Virus record (IMG/VR): IMGVR_UViG_2778261094_000007
Length of the DNA: 7,594 nt
Direction: 5' to 3' (one strand)
Source of the DNA: a virus
Lineage: Duplodnaviria > Heunggongvirae > Uroviricota > Caudoviricetes
Shown: piece after piece, positions 1-6,425 of the stretch
Layout of the letters: each line of letters opens with the position of its first letter
Position numbering within the stretch: the stretch's first letter is position 1
Notes under the pieces: generated by a model
What the model was told of the DNA's origin: nothing
Seen by the model: only the letters and a program-made list of their open reading frames with translations
The model's database searches: none
Translations under genes and position numbers: made by a program

Positions 1-42
1 TAGTCTAAAAACTAGTATTAAGACTATCACTTATTTAAGTGA
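1..42. promoter_or_regulatory. Two adjacent palindromes: imperfect 26-bp palindrome (1-26, arms tagtct/agacta around actagt) and perfect 7-bp inverted repeat tcactta-tt-taagtga (27-42); candidate recombinase or repressor binding sites
   Basis: Direct reading: 1-26 matches its reverse complement at 22/26 positions; 27-33 is the exact reverse complement of 36-42. Lies immediately upstream of the decapitated integrase frame. Confidence 0.3.
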
Positions 43-242
43 TACTGGTTGTCTGGAGATTCAGGGGGCCAGTCTAAGGAGCAGCCGATCAATCTCGTCA
101 AAACTGGCTTACATGCTTAGGATCGCTCTATGAATTTGCTAAACGCCGTTATGACGGAATACCAGACAGTAACCCTTTTCACGGTCATAACCTCGAAGCA
201 CGTCGCACAATCGAGAGTTATCAACCGTTTACACCTGAACAA

Positions 243-806
243 ATGCAAAAGCTACTTGATGCAGCGGAGCCGGAGATCAGAAATATTATTTTAATGGGCT
301 TGTTTTCAGGATGCAGATTAGACGAACTGGCAAGCCTGAAAAAGTCAGAGGTTGTAACTGTGGAAGGAATACGCTGTTTTTATATCAGCAAGAGTAAGAC
401 TAAAGCAGGGATCAGACACGTTCCGATACATTCAAGACTATCGATTATTGTCGATGAATATTTAAATCATAATTATGGTGAATATTTGTTCCCTCACTCG
501 AACAAAGTAAAAAGAATCGACGGCAAGAAAGGCCCGTTCTATTCTCAAGCATTCTCACGTTTACGTCGTAGCGTCTTGCCAATCGCTACAGATAGACAAT
601 GCTTTCACAGCTTGCGCGGGATGTTTATCACTTGTCTTGATCGTGCCGGAGTGCCTGAACAGCGGATCGGAGCCATTACCGGACATACAGAGCAGAGAGC
701 TAAAACAGAAGCCTTTCGCACCTACTCACAAGGGGCAAGCATTCCAGAATTAGCTGAATATGTAGAATTAGTAAAATATGAATTAAATATTGATTTTAAG
801 GCGTAA
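243..806 (+). CDS. int: Tyrosine recombinase / phage-type integrase, C-terminal catalytic domain only (5'-truncated, probable remnant)
   Basis: Translation carries the ordered tyrosine-recombinase catalytic residues: Arg in FSGCRLDE (315-317), Lys-rich hairpin KSKTK, H-x-x-R in HSLRG (606-617), His in ITGH (684-686), Tyr in RTYSQ (723-725). The frame is open upstream to 78 and encodes linker-like sequence (LGSLYEFAKRRYDGIPDSNPF) but contains no ATG/GTG/TTG and is closed by TAA at 75-77; no Shine-Dalgarno before ATG 243. Confidence 0.8.
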   Translation: MQKLLDAAEPEIRNIILMGLFSGCRLDELASLKKSEVVTVEGIRCFYISKSKTKAGIRHVPIHSRLSIIVDEYLNHNYGEYLFPHSNKVKRIDGKKGPFYSQAFSRLRRSVLPIATDRQCFHSLRGMFITCLDRAGVPEQRIGAITGHTEQRAKTEAFRTYSQGASIPELAEYVELVKYELNIDFKA

Positions 807-814
807 AAAATCAT

Positions 815-832
815 AGGCGCTTCATTGCGCCT
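815..832 (-). terminator. Hairpin between convergent genes (aggcgc-ttcatt-gcgcct), likely intrinsic terminator for the minus-strand cluster and possibly bidirectional
   Basis: Perfect 6-bp GC-rich stem with 6-nt loop, 4 nt downstream of the 218-aa gene stop (839-837); on the minus strand it is followed after 4 nt by a run of six T (complement of A 805-810). It is also 8 nt after the integrase stop. Confidence 0.45.
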
Positions 833-836
833 TGTC

Positions 837-1493
837 CTATTTCACTTCTCCGTCATACGTCGGGAGGGTGTCTTTAGTGGTGCTGGCTGTTCCTGCATTG
901 GTTGGCACTCGGCTTTTTACCTGTCCGCCTGTGCTCTTAGGTGATGCGGTCTTTACAGCAATAGCATTAGTGGTTGCATAGCTCACCAGGCGGATTTGTT
1001 CGAACTGCAAATCGAACTGTAAAGCTGATTCTGTTTTATATTCGTAGTCAATGCCTGTCAGAATCATATTATCAAACGTCTTATGCTCTGTGCTTACAAT
1101 AATAGGCTGTCTGGCATTCATTATTTCATCAAGATAAGCAATAGCCTGTGAACACCTGTTACCGTTCACCCCTGCACTTGATAGCATATCACCACGTAAT
1201 GCTAATGGTGTTTCTGTAATAATGCCTGAAAGCATAAGTTTATTATTCTTGATCCTGACATTATCAGATACATCATTACCATCCTGCACAGGATACGATG
1301 TAACATCGGCAGAACGTGAAACCTTAGTTGCCGGAACAGCGTCAAAAGTAATAGCTTTATAACTGGCTATCGTTGATGCATTTTCGTTATTCAGGTTGCT
1401 ACATATAATGGCAAATCCGTTATCAGATTTAACCTTGCTGTTAGATGTATTAATGTTAGATGTGCTGTTGATCTGACTTTCTTTGATAGCCAT
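837..1493 (-). CDS. Hypothetical protein, 218 aa, Asn/Ser/Thr-rich low-complexity termini; possible virion or tail-associated protein (function not established)
   Basis: Long ORF; ATG at 1493 preceded by AAGGA (1507-1503) with 9-nt spacing; last gene of the co-directional cluster, ending at the terminator hairpin. Confidence 0.65.
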   Translation of the reverse strand: MAIKESQINSTSNINTSNSKVKSDNGFAIICSNLNNENASTIASYKAITFDAVPATKVSRSADVTSYPVQDGNDVSDNVRIKNNKLMLSGIITETPLALRGDMLSSAGVNGNRCSQAIAYLDEIMNARQPIIVSTEHKTFDNMILTGIDYEYKTESALQFDLQFEQIRLVSYATTNAIAVKTASPKSTGGQVKSRVPTNAGTASTTKDTLPTYDGEVK

Positions 1494-1515
1494 TTATATT
1501 AATCCTTGTGTAATG

Positions 1516-1544
1516 AGCGGAAAGCAATAAATATTGCCCCCGCT
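1516..1544 (-). promoter_or_regulatory. Nested intergenic stem-loop (outer agcgg/ccgct, inner gcaata/tattgc) between the 633-aa and 218-aa genes
   Basis: Outer 5-bp stem 1516-1520 / 1540-1544 and inner 6-bp stem 1524-1529 / 1532-1537; sits in the 73-bp gap just 5' of the 218-aa gene ribosome-binding site. No U-tract on the minus strand, so more likely an RNA processing or stability element than a terminator. Confidence 0.3.
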
Positions 1545-1566
1545 TTATTATTAGTTATCGTTAAAC

Positions 1567-3468
1567 TTAGTTAACGCTACTCTGTCCTGACAACGTGCTA
1601 AGAATCAGATTCGAACTAAACTGATTGTTGTTCGCTCTGATCTCAGTGCGGATTAAATCCTGAAAGCCGGGACCGTTAGGGATGACGTTAACAGAGATCA
1701 TATCACTCGGCACCGTAACCTGTGCATTCACGTTAACAGGGGTTGCGTATTGACGTTGTAGGCTTACAGTCGGCTGATAGGCTTCTGCTTTACGTGCAAC
1801 AAGGGTTGATCCGTAGCTGTTAGCATTGCCATTAATTAAATCAGTCCACCACCCTGGAACGCCGGACTGTGTTTCCTCACCGCGCACAATACGCCCTACA
1901 TCTCTCGTATCGAGTCCAGTTGCATAACGAATACCTTCATTGATAATCGTTGATGGCGACCATTCCCCATCTGTAACAGCGTCCATAACCTTTTGTGTCT
2001 CAGGTCGGTTATCATTCTCACCACGGCTAAGATGTTTATTAATCCAGCTTGTGATTTGATTCCCGTAAGAAGTCATAGAGGTCAGTAATACAGCGCCTTG
2101 TTTAGCCAAATCCCCGAACGATGCACCAACACCATAAGCTGCATTCTGTAAGGCTTTGCTTTCTTCCGGTTTGAGTGCTGGCATGTTGGCTATGCCATCA
2201 AAGAAGCCCAAAATAGCCTGATTCGATAGTCCATCTGTCAGACGGTCAAAGGCTGTAGCTGTCTTGTTAGCTGCGCGATATTGCTCTTTCTGTGCTTCTG
2301 TCAGTAGCTGCCCGTTGTTTTTCATATCAACCATCGTTTTACGGAACTCTTCCCCATCACGGGAAAACATCTTGAGATAATGGCTGGCATCGTCTGCTAA
2401 TGGTTCGATCAGGGATATGATGGCTTCTTTAGTCATTCCTCGGCGTTCACCTTCTCTCACCACGTCTTGTAGGAGTTGCAGCGGTCGCCCCTGGTAGGAA
2501 GCTATCTTATCTTTGTTCCATGCAAAGGCATTCTGAATATCATTTAATGATCCTTCCCCGCCTCGCCACTCTTTTTTCTTACTATCCCATTCAGCAGTTC
2601 GGCTTTGATGACCAATGCGTTCGTTTAAGTCTTTGATATTATCAGTGGTCTTGTCCGCGCTTGCACTTGATACACCGTTTGCCCTCCCCCAATTAACCAT
2701 TGCAGCCACCTGATTGCTATCGGCACCTACCAGATCGCTCATCTTCTGCAATTCCATACGTTCACGGGCTTTTTCCATTCCAGCAGATACAGCCATACTT
2801 CCTAAGCCAACGGCAGCGCCGCCGATAATGCCACCAACACCGCCCATCATTAACGCGCCACCGCCGCTAACACCTTCTTTGTGGAGCTTCTTAGCAGTAA
2901 CTGGATATACCCCCCCAGCGGCAGCATTACGACGCGTAGCAGCGGCTGCGGCTCGTCTTTCTAATGTGATGCGGTCACGGATCAGGGCATTCATCTTCGC
3001 TTGCGATATAGCGCCGGATTCATAGAGGCGGGTTTGTTCCTTAATGTAACGTAGAGCATCGTGATATTTCTTAATATCCATCCCTTCGCCATAGCGGGAA
3101 TTGTTCTTGATGCCTTGTAACTGGCGATATGATGCAAGGCGCTTGATCTCTGCCTTTTCAGCAATTGAGGCTTGTTTAGCCTGTGCTTTAGCGAGGTTTT
3201 TAGCTTCCTGTAGCTTCTGTTTAGTGCTGGCTTTAGATGCCTGTGTCTCAGATTTAACAGCCTGCTTAACATGCTGATCATGCTGGCGCTGAATCTCTTT
3301 TCCCAGCCTCTGTAAATCTTTCTGACGTGCTGCCGCCACTTGCACAGGTTTGATCCCCTGCATCTTCTTTTGTAGCTTATCCACTTCATTCTTAGCTTTC
3401 TGTAAGCTCTTGAAATCAGTGGTAAATGTCACAACATTACTAATTCGTGAGGCGTTAATTTCTAACAT
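1567..3468 (-). CDS. Large coiled-coil plus glycine-zipper membrane-segment protein, 633 aa; tape-measure-like or ejection/pilot-like protein
   Basis: 1.9-kb ORF. N-terminal ~170 aa are K/Q/A/E-rich heptad-like sequence (coiled coil); aa ~201-231 read GGGALMMGGVGGIIGGAAVGLGSMAVSAG (DNA 2776-2868), a glycine-zipper hydrophobic segment typical of tape-measure and membrane-inserting phage proteins; C-terminal ~400 aa globular. AGGGA 10 nt upstream of ATG 3468. Confidence 0.85.
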   Translation of the reverse strand: MLEINASRISNVVTFTTDFKSLQKAKNEVDKLQKKMQGIKPVQVAAARQKDLQRLGKEIQRQHDQHVKQAVKSETQASKASTKQKLQEAKNLAKAQAKQASIAEKAEIKRLASYRQLQGIKNNSRYGEGMDIKKYHDALRYIKEQTRLYESGAISQAKMNALIRDRITLERRAAAAATRRNAAAGGVYPVTAKKLHKEGVSGGGALMMGGVGGIIGGAAVGLGSMAVSAGMEKARERMELQKMSDLVGADSNQVAAMVNWGRANGVSSASADKTTDNIKDLNERIGHQSRTAEWDSKKKEWRGGEGSLNDIQNAFAWNKDKIASYQGRPLQLLQDVVREGERRGMTKEAIISLIEPLADDASHYLKMFSRDGEEFRKTMVDMKNNGQLLTEAQKEQYRAANKTATAFDRLTDGLSNQAILGFFDGIANMPALKPEESKALQNAAYGVGASFGDLAKQGAVLLTSMTSYGNQITSWINKHLSRGENDNRPETQKVMDAVTDGEWSPSTIINEGIRYATGLDTRDVGRIVRGEETQSGVPGWWTDLINGNANSYGSTLVARKAEAYQPTVSLQRQYATPVNVNAQVTVPSDMISVNVIPNGPGFQDLIRTEIRANNNQFSSNLILSTLSGQSSVN

Positions 3469-3502
3469 GTTAATTGTTTCCCTGTATTATGATTGTTGTT
3501 TG

Positions 3503-3700
3503 TTATTGTTTTTTAAAGCAATAATATTGGATTGCCTCAAAAGTGCTGCATCCAGTCTGAAAGACACGCTGCCGCACATTATTCGAATCAATTGAAAGCA
3601 TTCTGCATAAGGCACTGACATTGATTATTGAGTCATCGCTAATAGCTGCCAGTTCTTTTACAGATTTAAGAATTAATGCCTGTGAATTTTCTGTGTTCAT
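3503..3700 (-). CDS. Small hypothetical protein, 65 aa
   Basis: ORF in the same orientation between the capsid-like and 633-aa genes; ATG at 3700 preceded by a purine-rich GAGAGAAAA stretch; non-low-complexity composition. Short, so uncertain. Confidence 0.45.
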   Translation of the reverse strand: MNTENSQALILKSVKELAAISDDSIINVSALCRMLSIDSNNVRQRVFQTGCSTFEAIQYYCFKKQ

Positions 3701-3826
3701 TGGTTTTCTCTCACATATATATTTTTATTTGGGTTTGTAGACAGTAGAAAAACAAAAAAGGGCAAGAGACAGCGCATATTTTGCTTATATGATTATCCCT
3801 TACCCTTATTGCCCCGATTATTTCCA

Positions 3827-3843
3827 GACGATGGGGAATCGTC
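3827..3843 (-). promoter_or_regulatory. Stem-loop gacgat-gggga-atcgtc 13 nt downstream of the capsid-like gene stop; candidate partial terminator or mRNA 3'-stabilising hairpin
   Basis: Perfect 6-bp stem with 5-nt loop read directly; not followed by a U-run on the minus strand, so not a canonical intrinsic terminator. Confidence 0.3.
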
Positions 3844-3856
3844 TATTAACGCTTTA

Positions 3857-4888
3857 TTACGCAGCAGATCCGAAGATGATAGCTTGCGGAATGTTGTTTA
3901 CTGGCAGATAAGATGTCTCAGTAACCACAGATGGGAATTGGAATTCATCCTTGATTAGATATTGGTGATGTAACACGGCATCTTGACCTAACTCAGCATG
4001 ACGCACACCAACGCCGCTATGAAGCTGGTAACACTGTGCCGCTTTATCCATTACCGGAACAATTGCGAAACCGTTCTCTCCGATGTGAGCAACAATCTCA
4101 GGAAACATTGACACGTCAATAACAGTGATCCCACCAATCTGGAAAGAGTCATAGGCTGGGTTAGAATCAACCATACGGGTAAACAGGGCCGTAGCACTCG
4201 CATCGCCTGCATATTTCACCATGTCACTGATCAGCGGGTTAGATGACAAACCATCAGCAGCAGCGCCAGCAGCAAAGATAATTACACCAGTTCGCTTTGC
4301 AGCAAGACCAGACCCCAGCTTTTCACTCTGTAAGCGCACCGCTTTACGAATAGCAAGGAACGGGTTAACAGTAGTCGATGCAAAGTCGATAGCGGGTACC
4401 GTGGTTTTAGCCTGACCGTCGAGGAAGTCGAGATCACCTTGTCCGGCATATTCAGATTCAACTTTCAGGCCCAGCAGCGCGGTAATCAGATCCACTTCAA
4501 CACGGTTTGCGTGTGAACGGTAATGAGCCTCAGAGAAATCATTAACCGCTACCAGCATAGCATCAGAACGGTTTGGATATTGGCGGCTGTATTGTTCCAG
4601 GTCACGAGAAGTAACAGCGTTAATACTGCCGACGTGTTTCATCTGGAAAAGTTTGTTTGACCATTCCTGACGTTTAGAGGCGTTCCAGTCGCTTTGAGCG
4701 TAAGGCGAGGTTTCCCCAGCTACCTGCACAAACTGATCGATCAGGTCGGTAAGAAGAATGCTGTTTTCTGTATGATATTGCACATCGAACAGATCGAGAT
4801 TAGTAATCAGGGTATTAAGTGCATTCTCATAAGCAAAAGGAGTTACTACCGCAGTATTAACGCCAAAATATGTTGATAAATCATTCAT
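3857..4888 (-). CDS. Putative major capsid protein, 343 aa (size and position compatible with a lambda gpE-type capsid protein; assignment by context only)
   Basis: Long ORF with a strong ribosome-binding site (AAGGAAAATAATA-ATG), directly downstream of a ~127-aa Ala/Val-rich gene in the decoration-then-capsid order seen in lambda (gpD 110 aa, gpE 341 aa); low Cys, rich in A/V/S/T/D. No sequence-level identity to lambda gpE could be confirmed by eye. Confidence 0.8.
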   Translation of the reverse strand: MNDLSTYFGVNTAVVTPFAYENALNTLITNLDLFDVQYHTENSILLTDLIDQFVQVAGETSPYAQSDWNASKRQEWSNKLFQMKHVGSINAVTSRDLEQYSRQYPNRSDAMLVAVNDFSEAHYRSHANRVEVDLITALLGLKVESEYAGQGDLDFLDGQAKTTVPAIDFASTTVNPFLAIRKAVRLQSEKLGSGLAAKRTGVIIFAAGAAADGLSSNPLISDMVKYAGDASATALFTRMVDSNPAYDSFQIGGITVIDVSMFPEIVAHIGENGFAIVPVMDKAAQCYQLHSGVGVRHAELGQDAVLHHQYLIKDEFQFPSVVTETSYLPVNNIPQAIIFGSAA

Positions 4889-4902
4889 TATTATTTTCCT
4901 TG

Positions 4903-5286
4903 TTAAGTCGTAGGGATCGCAAGTTCTTCATAACCAGCAATTACAAAGCCGAGAGATTGCAGTTTTGCAATAACACTTGCCTTTTCCATGCTGTTAAATT
5001 CAATCCCATCTTCAGCCAGAATAACGAAAGTAGGATGTGCAACCACTACGCTTTCCTGTCCTTCATAAGCCGGTTCAACTACTACGTGAGCAATATCAGA
5101 TGCAGTTGTTGCTTTGGTGCCATCGGCTTTCAGCAAAGCCCCGACAATAAGATCGTCAGTGAGAGGTGAAGCCAGTTTGACGAGGCGATCTTGCAGCACT
5201 GGATCAGCAGCGTAAGCTACTACCTTACAGCGTGAACGGGAATTATCCGCATTCACTGCTTTTAATTTTCCATATGGGTTAGCCAT
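4903..5286 (-). CDS. Putative head decoration protein, 127 aa (lambda gpD-like by size, position and loose motif resemblance)
   Basis: ORF immediately upstream of the capsid-like gene (14-nt gap) with the same AAGGAAAATAAT initiation motif; segments SRCKVVAYAAD and GALLKADGT loosely resemble lambda gpD SRKLVAW and GILAVAADQ. Low-confidence function. Confidence 0.75.
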   Translation of the reverse strand: MANPYGKLKAVNADNSRSRCKVVAYAADPVLQDRLVKLASPLTDDLIVGALLKADGTKATTASDIAHVVVEPAYEGQESVVVAHPTFVILAEDGIEFNSMEKASVIAKLQSLGFVIAGYEELAIPTT

Positions 5287-5290
5287 AAGA

Positions 5291-5488
5291 TTATTTTCCT
5301 TTCAGTTGTTTAATTTTAGATTTAAGGGCATCAGCAAGACTAACCGCATCAGCCGATTTAAATAATTGGGCAGTGGTAGAACGAAGACTTTCGGGAGTAA
5401 CTCCCAACAGTGCGGCAACCTTAATGAGGTTTTCATCACTAACAATCATCGTTTCCCCGTCTTTGCTGATAATCATTTCTTGTTTCAT
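5291..5488 (-). CDS. Small hypothetical protein, 65 aa from ATG 5488 (the ORF track extends to a TTG at 5530); first gene of the structural cluster
   Basis: ATG at 5488 is preceded by AGGAA with ~9-nt spacing, whereas the TTG at 5530 has no Shine-Dalgarno and adds a hydrophobic extension that overlaps the upstream hairpin. Its TAA stop (5293-5291) lies inside the ribosome-binding site of the next gene. Confidence 0.6.
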   Translation of the reverse strand: MKQEMIISKDGETMIVSDENLIKVAALLGVTPESLRSTTAQLFKSADAVSLADALKSKIKQLKGK

Positions 5489-5520
5489 AAATAACGTTCC
5501 TGTTAGTGCCAGACAAATAA

Positions 5521-5568
5521 AAAGCCCCAATGCCGTAAGAGGTTAATTCTGACCAGCAAAGGGGCTTT
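5521..5568 (-). terminator. Terminator-like hairpin (stem aaagcccc / ggggcttt, ~32-nt loop) followed on the minus strand by UUUUUAUUUG, ending ~30 nt upstream of the first structural gene
   Basis: 8-bp stem arms at 5521-5528 and 5561-5568 read directly; minus-strand sequence downstream of the stem is ggggctttttatttg. The unusually long loop lowers confidence. Confidence 0.35.
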
Positions 5569-6425
5569 AACGTGCGGGCAATTACATAATTGATAAGTTA
5601 AACTATAAGAGGATTAAACATATCAGCAAATACACTTTTTAAATATACTTGATGATATGCTTAAAGGGTGAATAGATACTCCTGAAAACATGCTCTTAGG
5701 AAAACATGCGGAATCAATCAGGAATATCTATTCGGGGCGCGGTGGCCAACCGCTATCTTTCATGGTGTGGATGCACCAGTCAGATTTTAAGGAATCACTA
5801 TTCCAATCTACTCACAGATTAAATTTTTAATAATGATTAACTACACCAACAGTAATCTACCGTTTCAGAAAATCGTTTTTACAACCAAAGCTTATAGATC
5901 CGCATTCTATAAAACCCGTTTTGCTATCAATATTTCCAAAGTTTATTGCACCATTCTTAGCTAAACTCTCTCTGCTTGCGGCTAACGCTATGCAGATGAT
6001 TGTTTTTGACAACAACTTAATAGATTATTCTGTTACTAACTTCTGTCATTAAATAATAGTTTAATGATGTTAGTAAATAGTTATAAAATATAACTATCAG
6101 TGTAAGGCTCTTTAATGTTTTCTGACAAAATAAGGAGCTTTAGGATAAGCATAGATGAAAAATAAGAGCGGGAAGGGCAAGGAGATAACACCTACCCGCT
6201 TTTATCAAAATTAAGCACAATGCCTAACAACATTCATCAACACAACGTAGAAACAATCAACAATCAAAGAGGGAGTTATGATTATTCTAAAACTTCTTGA
6301 GAGATGGAAGGTAATATTTGTTAGAGGTTAATGCCACTCAACCTTTGAGGCTATCACCTTCCATATGCAGGGATTTATGACAGTAGAAGGATTAACACCA
6401 GTCAAAACCTTTTTATCTACCCCTA

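Larger units (their letters stand above)
1..5530. mobile_element. Phage-derived island: truncated integrase plus minimal capsid-like and tape-measure-like cassette (defective prophage or satellite-like element); boundaries not determined
   Basis: Integrase catalytic domain convergent with a co-directional cluster of virion-type genes; compositional shift to AT-rich DNA at ~5530. No flanking att repeats identified within the window. Confidence 0.4.

Noticed and set aside
78-242. N-terminal extension of the integrase ORF
   Set aside because: The frame is open and integrase-like, but there is no ATG, GTG or TTG anywhere in 78-242 and a TAA at 75-77, so it cannot be annotated as an intact coding start; recorded as evidence of truncation instead.
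1100-1200. RGD tripeptide in the 218-aa protein (ALRGD)
   Set aside because: A three-residue motif is expected by chance at this protein length; no supporting context for integrin-type binding in a bacterial element.
1607-1616. agattcgaac, superficially like a tRNA T-arm (GGTTCGAATCC)
   Set aside because: Incomplete match, lies inside the 633-aa coding sequence, and no acceptor stem or anticodon arm can be built around it; no tRNA called.
2714-3025. Plus-strand 103-aa proline-rich ORF
   Set aside because: It is the antisense shadow of the glycine-zipper segment of the 633-aa gene (GGN codons read as NCC on the opposite strand), lies entirely inside a much longer ORF, and has no ribosome-binding site.
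2991-3389. Minus-strand 132-aa Arg/Lys-rich ORF
   Set aside because: Alternate reading frame inside the 633-aa gene on the same strand; low-complexity basic composition typical of an out-of-frame read of a coiled-coil coding region.
3350-3595. Plus-strand 81-aa ORF
   Set aside because: Antisense to the 5' end of the 633-aa gene and the 3' end of the 65-aa gene; hydrophobic and Cys/Phe/Leu-rich as expected for an AT-rich antisense artefact; no ribosome-binding site.
4221-5169. Three plus-strand ORFs (4221-4415, 4694-4876, 4870-5169)
   Set aside because: All lie antisense within the capsid-like and decoration-like genes, lack ribosome-binding sites and have atypical composition; treated as shadow ORFs.
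5489-5530. Longer start for the first cluster gene at 5530 (ORF-track 79-aa form)
   Set aside because: The start codon at 5530 is TTG with no Shine-Dalgarno and overlaps the terminator-like stem, whereas ATG 5488 has a well-spaced AGGAA; the short form is preferred.
6254-6267. Tandem caatcaa-caatcaa direct repeat
   Set aside because: Only two copies of a 7-mer in very AT-rich DNA; too short to distinguish from chance and not part of a longer array.
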